In this document: in pieces, positions 53,227 to 64,000 of the stretch
How positions within the stretch are numbered: the stretch's first letter is position 1
How the letters are laid out: every line of letters begins with the position of its first letter
DNA from: an uncultured bacterium
Lineage (GTDB): Bacteria > Chloroflexota > UBA5177 > JANWHV01
Reading direction: 5' to 3'
DNA: 64,000 bases
NCBI GenBank assembly: GCA_963827235.1
Contig: CAWHAE010000008.1
Location: 96,001-160,000 of the forward strand
Position numbers and translations under genes: made by a program
The notes under the pieces: model-generated
Database searches by the model: none
What the model saw: the letters and a program-made list of their open reading frames with translations, nothing else
What the model was told of the DNA's origin: nothing

Positions 53227-53787
53227 GTGAAAATCTATACTCGTGGGGGAGATGGCGGTGAAACCGGCCTGTACGGAGGGGCGCGGGTTCGCAAGGACGC
53301 CATGCGGGTCGAAGCGTACGGTTCTCTAGACGAGCTCAATGCCATGATCGGCGCCGTGCTTGCCGCGTTGGAGGAGGAGGACTGGGGCGTGGCGGAGATG
53401 CTATCGCGCGTGCAGGCGGAGCTCTTCGATATCGGCGCTGAGCTCGCGACGCCCCCCGAGCGTGACGGCACGCCGTTGGCCGGTCGCTTGCGCAAGGTAG
53501 GTCGGGATGAGGTCGAGGCCCTGGAGCGGGGCATAGATGCCATTGACGCGCGGCTGCGGCCACTCAAGACGTTCATTCTGCCCGGCGGTGTCCCATCTGC
53601 CGCCATGCTGCATGTGGCGCGATCCGTCGCGCGGCGTGCGGAGCGAAGAGTCATCTCCCTCGACGCCATCGAACCGGTCAGTACGTCGCTACTGCAGTAT
53701 CTCAACCGGCTTTCGGACCTGCTATTCGTCCTAGCCCGCGCCGTGAACCAGATTGCCGGCTCGCCGGAACGCCCCTGGAAGGGCTGA
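53227..53787 (+). CDS. pduO: ATP:cob(I)alamin adenosyltransferase (PduO type)
   Basis: KIYTRGGDGGET, YGSLDELN, FILPGG, RRAER, LNRLSD. Confidence 0.95.
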   Translation: MKIYTRGGDGGETGLYGGARVRKDAMRVEAYGSLDELNAMIGAVLAALEEEDWGVAEMLSRVQAELFDIGAELATPPERDGTPLAGRLRKVGRDEVEALERGIDAIDARLRPLKTFILPGGVPSAAMLHVARSVARRAERRVISLDAIEPVSTSLLQYLNRLSDLLFVLARAVNQIAGSPERPWKG

Positions 53788-53803
53788 CTCCGCGCTTCGT
53801 CAA

Positions 53804-54460
53804 TCAGTGCACGACAGCATATGCGCGCACCGGGAAGGTGCCCACGCCTCTGAACTTTACCGGTACCGCGTGAAAGCGAAATCCGCTGGAGGGCAGCGCG
53901 CCGAGATTGCAGAGATGCTCCACGACGGGGATTCCGGCGCCCAGAAGCGTCGTATGTACGGGGCGGAAGCCGTCACGCGTGTCGTCAATGTTCAGCGAGT
54001 CGATGCCCACCAGCGCCGCTCCTCTCTCGCGCAAGAGCTCGGCAGTCGATCCGGTGAGGAACGGGTGGCCGCTCAAGTACTGTTCCGTCGCCCAGTGACG
54101 ATCCCAGCCGGTGAGAACGAGCACTGCTCTGCCGCTCACGTCGAGCGACGCGAAGAGGGCGCCGTCGACGGCGCCCGGCGACTCGCGAGCATCGACCACG
54201 ATGCCACTGAGATCGGCCAGGCTCGTGAGGTCGAGCTGCGACAGGTCCTTGCCGTGCTCGTAGCGGTGGAACGGCGAGTCCACGTAGGTGCCGGTATTGG
54301 CGACGAGCTCGACCTTACCGATCTGGAAGCTCGTGCCGCCGGCATACTGCGCCTTCGACGCTTCGCGCGACAGGTAGTCGCAAACGATTGGACCTGGCAG
54401 GCCGGGATAGGTGGTCATCCCGTGTTCGACGACGTGGCTGAGATCGATGAGAGTCGCCAT
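53804..54460 (-). CDS. Cyclase family protein (kynurenine formamidase-like)
   Basis: DLSH, NTGTYVDSPFH, GIDSLNID, VEHL, FPVRA. Confidence 0.9.
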   Translation of the reverse strand: MATLIDLSHVVEHGMTTYPGLPGPIVCDYLSREASKAQYAGGTSFQIGKVELVANTGTYVDSPFHRYEHGKDLSQLDLTSLADLSGIVVDARESPGAVDGALFASLDVSGRAVLVLTGWDRHWATEQYLSGHPFLTGSTAELLRERGAALVGIDSLNIDDTRDGFRPVHTTLLGAGIPVVEHLCNLGALPSSGFRFHAVPVKFRGVGTFPVRAYAVVH

Positions 54461-54713
54461 TCGCAGTCCTTTCACTAACCGCTGGAGCTCGACCGGCACC
54501 GCCGGTCGCCTATACGCAAGGCGCGGTGAAATACTCGCGGGCGGAATGAACTCCGCACTTGGTGAGCCGTGAGTAACCCCAGGATCGGCCCCGGGATGTC
54601 GTCGCGGGGCGCGGATCTCGTCGACGACTCTCTGTGGTGTCTCCAGCTACACCTCGTCCCGCGGGCCACGGTAATCTCCACGGCATGTGCGGTGGCTCGC
54701 TGGTGCATCCCCG

Positions 54714-55205
54714 TCAGCAGGCCTCGGGATCGCTCCTGGCGCTCTGGGCTGCTTGGCGAGCGGCCCAGGAGCGATGAAGCGCTTCGAGGCCGGTGAGGAG
54801 GGAACGAAGATCCTCGGGCGAAAGGTCGCCGATGCACTCTGTAATCTCGGTGTCCGCGTGCACGTTCAGGCGCTGCAGAAGACGCAGACCGCTCGCAGTG
54901 ATGCAGGCGATGACAAGTCGCCGGTCAACTGGATCGTCCTCGCGGCGCACAAGGCCGTGTTCCACCAGCCGGTCGAGCATGATGGTGACCGTCGGTGGGG
55001 TGACGCCCAGCCGCTGTGCCAGATCGCCGACCGTGAGGCCTTTGCGCGAGGCGATCAAGAGCAACAGCTTGAACTGCGGCATCGTAAGGTCGAGATCCAT
55101 CCAGTTCAGCCACGGCTGGTCATAGGTTTCGGGCCACAGCAGCGCATTGAGTTGGATGATCCGAGGGATCACGGCGGGGCGGCCACGGTCAGTCGTGCTT
55201 TTCAC
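54714..55205 (-). CDS. MarR-family regulator
   Basis: LTMPQFKLL, PTVTIMLDRLVEHGLVRREDDPVDRR; start approximate. Confidence 0.92.
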   Translation of the reverse strand: MKSTTDRGRPAVIPRIIQLNALLWPETYDQPWLNWMDLDLTMPQFKLLLLIASRKGLTVGDLAQRLGVTPPTVTIMLDRLVEHGLVRREDDPVDRRLVIACITASGLRLLQRLNVHADTEITECIGDLSPEDLRSLLTGLEALHRSWAARQAAQSARSDPEAC

Positions 55206-55394
55206 AGTGCATCCGCTCGCAAGGGGACATGCCGTTTGTGTTATTATACCGGGCTCTGGCACCTGGCGTACCGTGTGCTAATCGGAGTGCATCGCGCCTC
55301 GCCGCCGAAGCCCGCAGGATCGACCGTGCCGGTCCAGACGAATGCCTGAGCCGGCACGGTATCCCACTGGCAAGGCGGCCGCTCGGTCCCTCGC

Positions 55395-57002
<1,608 letters not shown>

Positions 57003-57258
57003 GGACCGAAACTACTCCTTCATCAGACTGTGAACGTACGGGCACGCAATGGAGTTTCTAGGATAGTGTCTGGGTTCACCACCTCCCGTGCTCTTAATCT
57101 CAACTAAAGCATATCGAAATGCGCGCATTGCTGACCTGCAGACGACCATATGCGCTTGGCGCTGTTGCAGCATCCCGCGGGAGCCGATACCATGACGGAT
57201 GGCGCGAATAATGTGCATAACTCTGCGCGCGCGCTAGACAGCCGGAGGTCAGTAGGAT

Positions 57259-57684
57259 TTGGACGAGACGTCACTCGATACGGGCGATTTTCTGACCGGC
57301 GACCTTTTTGGCGGCCTCGACGTCGAGGAGGCCGAACGCACGTCGCCCACATTGCCCGCGGACGGCCGCTTCGCGGGCATCTACGACGGCTACATCGTGA
57401 TCCCCCAGCCCTTGATCGAGACCGTGGTGCAGTATACGGAGGCCGACCCGGCAGCCTTTGGCAGCTACGCCGCCATGGGTGCCTTCGGGAGCTTTGAGCT
57501 GCGTCACAGCGACGTGGTCAACTCGCATGCGCTCAACACCTGGCCCGGCGTAACCGAGTTCTATTACGGCAGGGAGAAGCATCTGAGGCCGGTGCTCGAA
57601 GCGTTGAATATCCCGATCATCTCGCTCAAGAAGGACTTTCTCCACGCCTATGAGCGAGTGATCACGGAGCTCGGCCAGCTCTAG
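57259..57684 (+). CDS. Hypothetical protein
   Basis: Protein-like codon usage; GGAGG upstream; followed by a terminator. Confidence 0.75.
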   Translation: MDETSLDTGDFLTGDLFGGLDVEEAERTSPTLPADGRFAGIYDGYIVIPQPLIETVVQYTEADPAAFGSYAAMGAFGSFELRHSDVVNSHALNTWPGVTEFYYGREKHLRPVLEALNIPIISLKKDFLHAYERVITELGQL

Positions 57685-57710
57685 CTTCTCGTAGTCCTAT
57701 ATCGGTCGCC

Positions 57711-57741
57711 AGCCCCACGGTACGCCGCGGGGCTTTTGTTT
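57711..57741 (+). terminator. Intrinsic terminator
   Basis: agccccacgg-tacg-ccgcggggct followed by tttgttt. Confidence 0.7.
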
Positions 57742-57954
57742 GTGCCCGCGCGGGAGCGCACTCCGCAGACGCGCGGCGTACCTGCGCCAACCCTGCAGGC
57801 GATACGCCTTTCACCACCGATCGCGCAATGCCTCTTCTCGGTCATGCCGGGCCTCGCCAGCGCTCCGGTGCAGTAACTGGCGTGCAGTCGTCGCGCCGGC
57901 ACGGGCCCACTCAGTACCAAGCAATGCAAATAATCAAAATATCTCATCGTGTAG

Positions 57955-57983
57955 TTGACTTTTCTTAGTATTGAGTCTAGTCT
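57955..57983 (+). promoter_or_regulatory. Sigma70-type promoter
   Basis: TTGACT-N17-TAGTCT with an AT-rich upstream tract. Confidence 0.6.
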
Positions 57984-58002
57984 GGTCGTGAGGAGGAAGT
58001 AG

Positions 58003-58383
58003 ATGCGCAAACAACTGGAGGCGTGCCCCTGCTGTGGTGGCCCGCTCGTGGTGTCCGGGCTCGCGTGCGAGGGCTGCGGCACCGTGGTCACGGGCAAATT
58101 CCGGCAGTGTGACTTCTGCCGCCTTACCGAGGACCAGGCAACTTTTCTTCGACTATTCGTCCAGCGCCGCGGCAATCTCTCGGAGATGGAAAAGGCCCTG
58201 GGCATCTCGTATCCGACGGTGCGCAACAAGCTGGAGGAAGTCATTCGCGCGCTGCAAGAGGCTGCTCCGCCGGTCGCGGCGGCCGCGCCGCGGGACGACG
58301 TACTGCGCCGCGTGGCAGCCGGGGAGATCTCGACGGTCGACGCGTTGGATCTGCTGAGCAAACTGGCTGGGGAGCAAGGGTGA
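58003..58383 (+). CDS. DUF2089 family protein (zinc ribbon + HTH + SHOCT-like)
   Basis: CPCCG...CEGCG, RGNLSEME, ISYPTVRNKL; AGGAGG RBS. Confidence 0.92.
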   Translation: MRKQLEACPCCGGPLVVSGLACEGCGTVVTGKFRQCDFCRLTEDQATFLRLFVQRRGNLSEMEKALGISYPTVRNKLEEVIRALQEAAPPVAAAAPRDDVLRRVAAGEISTVDALDLLSKLAGEQG

Positions 58384-58384
58384 G

Positions 58385-59797
58385 ATGAGCGATTACGACG
58401 AGACTATTCCTGTTGCCGGTATCCGCCGCCTGGACGTGCGCATTGCACGCGGCGACGTAACGTTGCGGCGCATATCCGGTGACTCTATTCAGGTGCGCTC
58501 CGACAGACCGATTGCCGTGACGCGAGAGGGAGACGCGGTGGGCATACGCTCGGAGTCCGCAGGCGCGCGGCCACGGACTCGCGCGCGATCGCCTCACCCG
58601 TTCAACTCGGAGAGCTGGGGCTTCGGTGCCGCGATCGGCGACATGGTGAGCACCGCGGTGGAGTCCATCCTCGCCGTCGATTTCGACTTCAGCGGCTTCG
58701 GCTCAGCCGACATCGAGGTCGACATTCCCGCTTCGTTCGAGCTGCCCGATCTCGTGGCGTCGACGGGCATGGGAGACATACGGCTGGCAGACCTGACCGC
58801 TAATTGCTCGCTGCAGACAAGCAAGGGAGATATTGACATCGATAACTGTGGCGGCAGCCTGAAGGCTACTACCGGCATGGGCGACATCTCCGTCGACCAC
58901 TTCGCAGGCCCCGTCGCCGTGCATACAGGCGCCGGCGATGCTGAGCTGACGAGCTGTGACGGCGGCGGCGTCCTGCACACCGGATCTGGGGACATCAAGG
59001 CTGCCGGTGTGGTGGGCGCGTGGAACGTGCGCTCGGGCGCTGGGGACGTGGAGATGCGCATCACAGGCGAGGCATCGCTGGATATCGTGACCGGGGCCGG
59101 TGACGTGAAGGTAGAGCGGGGCTCGCTGCACAGACTCGCCGTGCATTCAGGCTCGGGCGACGTGCGATGCACGAGCCTGCTCGACGGCCCTCGCCACGAG
59201 TGCACTACCGGTCACGGCGACATCGAGGTAGCGATCGCTGATCCGCCGGGAGCACGTCTGCAGATCCTCACGCGCAGTGGCAGCGTCGAATCCGATTACC
59301 CCCTGGTAGGCGTGGGCAAGCAAGGTCGTTACGCCGGGAGCGGTGGCCGCTACGTGGGGAGCATCGGCGACAGCTCAATCGACGTGGAGCTGCGCACGAC
59401 AAGCGGCGATATCACCATCAAGCGGCGCTCGCCGGGCAGGACTGAGGACGGTGAGCCGTGGCGCCACACGAAGGAGGGGCCGTCTGCCGGATACGTTCCG
59501 CCTGCATTTGCCGGCTCTCCCGCGCCGACCGTGCCCCCGGTCGACTTCGCTCCGCCCAACTCCCCGGAGCCATTCTCGGCACCGAACCCGCCCATTGAGC
59601 CCGCCCGGCCCGTCTCGCCGCCCGCATTCAACGCCATGCCGGAAGAGACACCGGCAACGCCCGGCTCAGCCGTGATCACGTCGGGTGGTAATCCTCGACT
59701 GGCCATACTCGAGAATCTGCAGGCAGGAAAGATCTCGGTGAATGAAGCGGCCGCGTTGCTCGAGTCGTTGAGCCGGCCGCGCCCCACCTCGCAATGA
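58385..59797 (+). CDS. DUF4097 beta-strand repeat protein with a C-terminal SHOCT-like helix
   Basis: Repeated T-G-x-G-D-I/V; ILENLQAGKISVNEAAALL. Confidence 0.88.
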   Translation: MSDYDETIPVAGIRRLDVRIARGDVTLRRISGDSIQVRSDRPIAVTREGDAVGIRSESAGARPRTRARSPHPFNSESWGFGAAIGDMVSTAVESILAVDFDFSGFGSADIEVDIPASFELPDLVASTGMGDIRLADLTANCSLQTSKGDIDIDNCGGSLKATTGMGDISVDHFAGPVAVHTGAGDAELTSCDGGGVLHTGSGDIKAAGVVGAWNVRSGAGDVEMRITGEASLDIVTGAGDVKVERGSLHRLAVHSGSGDVRCTSLLDGPRHECTTGHGDIEVAIADPPGARLQILTRSGSVESDYPLVGVGKQGRYAGSGGRYVGSIGDSSIDVELRTTSGDITIKRRSPGRTEDGEPWRHTKEGPSAGYVPPAFAGSPAPTVPPVDFAPPNSPEPFSAPNPPIEPARPVSPPAFNAMPEETPATPGSAVITSGGNPRLAILENLQAGKISVNEAAALLESLSRPRPTSQ

Positions 59798-59911
59798 ACC
59801 GCCGCGCATGATCTTCGCAATGCTTCACCCACTGCCAAAGCCCGATCGCTAGGGAGGAAGATATGCACATACCCTGGAGGTATCCCGAATGACGAGAGGA
59901 CTCTCAAGCAG

Positions 59912-59949
59912 ACGAGTACGGGCGCCGCCGCAACGGCCCGCGTACTCGT
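59912..59949. terminator. Hairpin between convergent genes
   Basis: Arms acgagtacg and cgtactcgt enclose a GC-rich inner stem. Confidence 0.5.
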
Positions 59950-59967
59950 TTCTCGCCTCAGCTCCTG

Positions 59968-61419
59968 TCAGGCCAGGACTTCGACGTCGTGCGGCATACT
60001 TTCGCGCATGCCCGCGCCGGTAATGGGGACAAACTCCGCCTGCTCGTGCAGCTCGGCGAGCGTATGCACGCCGCAGTAGCTCATGCCTGAGCGCACACCA
60101 CCTACCAGCTGGTAGATCACGTCGGTCACGTCGCCCCGGAAGGGCACTACGGCTTCCACGCCTTCGGGAACAACCTCGTTGAAGCCCTCGTCGCCGAATT
60201 GCTGTTCGGGTGCTTCCCGCTCATGCCGGCCGATCGTAGCGCTGAGCGATGCCATACCGCGGCTGATCTTGAATCTCTGTCCGTGGCGCATCACCGTGTA
60301 GCCAGGGCTTTCGCGAGTTCCTGCCAGGAGATTGCCGATCATCACCGTACCAGCCCCGGCCGCCAACGCCTTGGTGATATCTCCGGACGACTTTATGCCG
60401 CCGTCCGCGATAACCGGAATGCCATGCTTGGCGGTCTCCTCCGCGCACTCCAGCACGGCGGTTAGCTGCGGTACGCCAAAGCCGGTAACAATGCGCGTCG
60501 TGCAAATAGATCCCGGCCCCACTCCCACCTTGACGGCGTCTACTCCTTCAACGGCCAGATCGCGCGCGCCCTCGGCCGTGGCGACGTTACCGGCAATCAG
60601 GTTGACGCCGGACATGGATCGCCTGATCGCGCGAATGGCCGCGATCACGTTGTCTGAGTGACCGTGGGCGATATCGATCACCAGAGTGTCTGCGCCAGCA
60701 CGAATCAGCTCCTGTGCTCTCTCCAGGAAGTCGCCTACCACGCCGATAGCGGCGCCTACCAGTAACCGGCCCTTGGAGTCACGCGCCGAGGCGCCGAAGC
60801 GGTTCGTCTGCATGAGATCGCGACTGGTGATCAGACCGCGCAGCTTACCGTCCTCGTCGACCAGGGGCAGCTTCTCGATCTTGTGTTTGTCGAGAATGGC
60901 GCGTGCTTGATCGGACTCGATGCCCGAACGGGCCGTCACCAGTCGTTCTTGCGGAGTCATCAGCGAGCCGATCAGTGTGGTGGCGTCTGTAGCGAAGCGC
61001 ACGTCGCGCGCCGTCAGAATACCCACCAGACGCTCTCGATCGTCCAGGACCAGCAGGCCGGTCACGCTGTTCTCGCTCATCAATTGCCTGGCTTCGGCCA
61101 GCGTCTGGTTTGCGAGAACCGTGTACGGCTGCTCGACCACGGCGCCCTGAGCTCGCTTTACCTGGTGCACCTGGCGCACTTCCTGCTCGATGGACATGAA
61201 GCGGTGGATGATGCCGATGCCGCCCTGCCTGGCCATGGCGATGGCCATCGGCGCCTCGGTCACCGTGTCCATGTTGGCGCTCACGATCGGGATGTTGAGC
61301 GCGATGCCGCGCGCAAGCTGAGCAACGGTGCCGACGTTGCGCCGGGAGGTGATGCTGCTGCGCTTGGGCATGAGCAGCACGTCGTCGTATGTCAGACCTT
61401 GAGGTCGGAAAGTGGCCAT
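59968..61419 (-). CDS. IMPDH/GMP reductase family protein with a CBS pair (GMP reductase suspected)
   Basis: [44 protein letters not shown]; GGAGG RBS. Confidence 0.93.
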   Translation of the reverse strand: MATFRPQGLTYDDVLLMPKRSSITSRRNVGTVAQLARGIALNIPIVSANMDTVTEAPMAIAMARQGGIGIIHRFMSIEQEVRQVHQVKRAQGAVVEQPYTVLANQTLAEARQLMSENSVTGLLVLDDRERLVGILTARDVRFATDATTLIGSLMTPQERLVTARSGIESDQARAILDKHKIEKLPLVDEDGKLRGLITSRDLMQTNRFGASARDSKGRLLVGAAIGVVGDFLERAQELIRAGADTLVIDIAHGHSDNVIAAIRAIRRSMSGVNLIAGNVATAEGARDLAVEGVDAVKVGVGPGSICTTRIVTGFGVPQLTAVLECAEETAKHGIPVIADGGIKSSGDITKALAAGAGTVMIGNLLAGTRESPGYTVMRHGQRFKISRGMASLSATIGRHEREAPEQQFGDEGFNEVVPEGVEAVVPFRGDVTDVIYQLVGGVRSGMSYCGVHTLAELHEQAEFVPITGAGMRESMPHDVEVLA

Positions 61420-61535
61420 CGGGTGTCCTCCGGAAGGCGGATTGGGAGGCGCGTGGTGCGCAACGCTCAAAGGATACCATGCGCGGGGCGTCGGGATATC
61501 GTCGTTGCCGTCACCGCGAAGCGCGTTCGGGCACC

Positions 61536-62459
61536 TCAGTGTGCCGCGAGCCAGTAATCGATGGCCGTGATCTCGCAGCAGGCAACGACGAGAGCGGCCA
61601 TCGCCGGCAGCGCAAAGGCACGCAACGAGGCGATCCGGTTGCGGCGGCGAAACGAAACGACGCCGATGCACGTATTGAGAAGGGTTATCGTGGCCAGCAG
61701 CCCGGCAATGCTCAGTATCGACATGGGATAGTAGAGTGACCTGGGAGCGCTCGTCAGCGTCATGATGAGTACCAGTGCGGCGATCAGGAATCCTGTCAAC
61801 TCGCCGAAGTCCTCGGCGATGGCCAGAGGCTCTGGATCGCTCCAGACCAGCAGGTTGAAGAGGGGAAGGACAAGTATGGTCAGCGCCGTGCCGGCGAGCA
61901 CGCCGGTGACAACGCGCAGGTTATTGGTGTCGGTGTAGAACGTGTGCAGATGGTGGGTGCCTGCGAGCGAATTGAAGCCGTCGAACACCATGGCCAGGAC
62001 GAGAATCATCAGCACTAGGCCGACACGAGGATTGACGAACAGGGCGGCTTTGCGGCGACCGGCCAGCCAGAGCACCGCGATGGTCACGATCACGCTCGAG
62101 TAGATGCCCGAGTTGCGCGCATCAATCGGCATGGCGTGCCCGGCAAAGCGTATGGTGTGGCTCGGGATCTGGGCGCAGCAGGCGTGGCCAATCGCATGCA
62201 GTTTGTCCTGCAGCGGCCAGGGGCTGAGTACGAGGAAGAAGGCGAGCACCGCGGCGAGCAAGGCGAAAAGGATAGGCTCGCGGGCCGCAGGAACATGCCC
62301 TGGCGAGCCAGCCCCCTCATCGGGTGTCGGTTGGGAGGCGTGTGTTCGCGATCCGAGGGTGATTCGATTCACGCCCGGCGGACTCTGTGCCGGCCCTGGC
62401 GTCCGTGGCTCGCCGTCCGGAGCAGGTCCTCGCGGCGCGTCCGCATCGACGTCGTTCAC
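61536..62459 (-). CDS. DUF2085-like membrane protein
   Basis: CAQIPSHT...MPIDARNSGIY, DGFNS, RVVTG; GTG overlaps the nth stop. Confidence 0.8.
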   Translation of the reverse strand: MNDVDADAPRGPAPDGEPRTPGPAQSPPGVNRITLGSRTHASQPTPDEGAGSPGHVPAAREPILFALLAAVLAFFLVLSPWPLQDKLHAIGHACCAQIPSHTIRFAGHAMPIDARNSGIYSSVIVTIAVLWLAGRRKAALFVNPRVGLVLMILVLAMVFDGFNSLAGTHHLHTFYTDTNNLRVVTGVLAGTALTILVLPLFNLLVWSDPEPLAIAEDFGELTGFLIAALVLIMTLTSAPRSLYYPMSILSIAGLLATITLLNTCIGVVSFRRRNRIASLRAFALPAMAALVVACCEITAIDYWLAAH

Positions 62460-63103
62460 GCGATGGCGCTCGGACACTCGGGCGCCAGCGTGCAGCGTCC
62501 GCATTGTGGCTTCTGGGCAGTGCAGACCGCTCTCCCGTGGAAGATAACCTGGTGGTTGTAGTCGAGCCACGACGATCGCGGCAGAACTGCCATCAAGTCC
62601 AGCTCGACCTTGACCGGATCGTCGTGCTTGGTCAGTCCGAGGCGCCGGCTTATGCGGCCGGCATGCGTATCGACGATCACGCCTTCCACGATGCCGAATG
62701 CATTGCTCATGACCACGTTGGCCGTCTTGCGCGCCACTCCCGGCAGCCGAAGCAAGTCCGCCATGCGGTCGGGTACCCTGCCGTCGAATTGTTCCACGAT
62801 CATTCGGCAAGCCGCCTGTATGTTCTTCGCCTTGTTCCGGTAGAAGCCGGTGCTGCGGACAGCTTGCTCAAGCTCTTCGGCCGGGGCGGCCATGTAGTCC
62901 CCGGCGGTGGGATAGCGCGCGAACAGGGCAGGTGTGACCATGTTCACGCGCTCGTCTGTGCACTGAGCGGCCAGGATGGTGGCGACTAGCAGTTCCAGGG
63001 GCGTCGAGAACTGCAGAGAACATCGGGCATCCGGATACGCTTCCTTGAGCTTGCGCAACAGAATCGGCACGCGGCGCTTTGTCTCGTCATCCACTTCGTC
63101 CAT
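62456..63103 (-). CDS. nth: Endonuclease III
   Basis: LAAQCTD, HhH LPGVARKTANV, VDTH, C-terminal CxxxxxxCxxCxxxxxC. Confidence 0.97.
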   Translation of the reverse strand: MDEVDDETKRRVPILLRKLKEAYPDARCSLQFSTPLELLVATILAAQCTDERVNMVTPALFARYPTAGDYMAAPAEELEQAVRSTGFYRNKAKNIQAACRMIVEQFDGRVPDRMADLLRLPGVARKTANVVMSNAFGIVEGVIVDTHAGRISRRLGLTKHDDPVKVELDLMAVLPRSSWLDYNHQVIFHGRAVCTAQKPQCGRCTLAPECPSAIA

Positions 63104-63155
63104 GTTCAGTTGCCGCCATTTCCCTCTCTGATGTTTGCCGGCTCGCAGTCTCCCT

Positions 63156-64000
63156 CTACATGTGTATCGGCTTTCCCTCCACGGAGAGCGCCGCTTCGGC
63201 AATCACTTCCGAGAGGGTCGGATGCGGATGGACCGATCGCGCCAGTTCCTCGGGAGTGGCCTCCAGGAATCTTGCCAGGCTGAATTCGCCGATCAGCTCA
63301 GTGACGTCGGGCCCGAAGAGATGCGCGCCCAGGATTTCGCCTGTCCTAGCGTCGCCGATGATCTTGATCTGTCCTTCAGTCTCGCCCATCGCGGTAGCCT
63401 TGCCGTTGGGTCTGAAGGGGAACGAGCCGACGTGAATATCGCCCTGTGCTCGCGCCTGCTCCTCGGTCAACCCTATGCTGGCCACTTGCGGCGAGCTGTA
63501 TGTGCAGCGGGGCATCGAGTTCATGTCGAGCTTGATTGTCGCATGACCGGCGATTACTTCTGCGGCCACCTCGCCCATTGCCGAGGCGACGTGGGCAAGG
63601 CTCAGCTTCGGGCTGCCGTCCTGCACGGCAAGATCACCGATGGCATAGACGCCGGGTACGTTGGTCTGCATGCGGCCGTTCACCTTGACGAATCCGCGAT
63701 CCGTCGCCACGCCCAGCGACTCCAGACCCAGGTCGTCGCTGTTCGGCTGAAAACCTACTGCGTACAGCACTCTATCTGCTTCCAGAACACGTGGCTCGTC
63801 GGCTCCGCCGCCGGTCGTGGAGACGAATACGCGCGCCGCGCCGTTGCTCACCTCGACCCGTTCTACCTTGGTACTGGTGAGCACGTTGATGCCCCGCTTG
63901 GTAAACGATCGGGTGAGGCCGTCAGACATGTCCTTGTCTTCCAGAGGAATGATGCGCTGCAACATCTCCACGATCGTGACGTGCGATCCGTAGGCATGCA
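63156..64000 (-). CDS. lpdA: Dihydrolipoamide dehydrogenase (partial, 5' end outside the window)
   Basis: YAIGD, LAHVAS, PQVASIG, HPHPTLSE. Confidence 0.93.
   Translation of the reverse strand, partial: HAYGSHVTIVEMLQRIIPLEDKDMSDGLTRSFTKRGINVLTSTKVERVEVSNGAARVFVSTTGGGADEPRVLEADRVLYAVGFQPNSDDLGLESLGVATDRGFVKVNGRMQTNVPGVYAIGDLAVQDGSPKLSLAHVASAMGEVAAEVIAGHATIKLDMNSMPRCTYSSPQVASIGLTEEQARAQGDIHVGSFPFRPNGKATAMGETEGQIKIIGDARTGEILGAHLFGPDVTELIGEFSLARFLEATPEELARSVHPHPTLSEVIAEAALSVEGKPIHM

Noticed and set aside
59851-59892. 9-codon ORF MHIPWRYPE with a strong SD after the DUF4097 gene
   Set aside because: Too short to support from sequence alone, and no downstream gene on that strand to attenuate

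Overview
High-GC (roughly two-thirds by eye) bacterial chromosomal window, gene-dense and mostly housekeeping. It carries two divergent tRNAs (Arg-CCT, Pro-CGG), gatCAB-rlmD, obgE, ppk2, lepA, gpmI-eno, hisB, dcd, a TrmJ-like methylase, a DEAD-box helicase, PduO, an orphan groEL, an IMPDH/GMPR-family gene, nth and a partial lpdA, plus envelope and surface genes. The protein style (ATATA-repeat membrane protein, FAEG-motif secreted protein, DUF2085/DUF2089) suggests Chloroflexota or a related monoderm lineage (inference). No CRISPR array, transposase, integrase or rRNA was seen. Five consecutive genes at about 25.4-31.7 kb are broken by indels, probably sequencing errors. Best leads: (1) a translationally coupled pair of a degenerate, metallopeptidase-like helical protein and a dCTP deaminase, followed by a degenerate VanW gene and divergent from a PPP phosphatase; (2) a membrane-anchored Roadblock/LC7 protein overlapping the obgE start; (3) a 'guaB' that looks more like a CBS-domain GMP reductase; (4) a 992-aa zinc-ribbon/TM/Ala-Thr stalk protein. 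All family assignments come from motif recognition by eye; no database searches were run.
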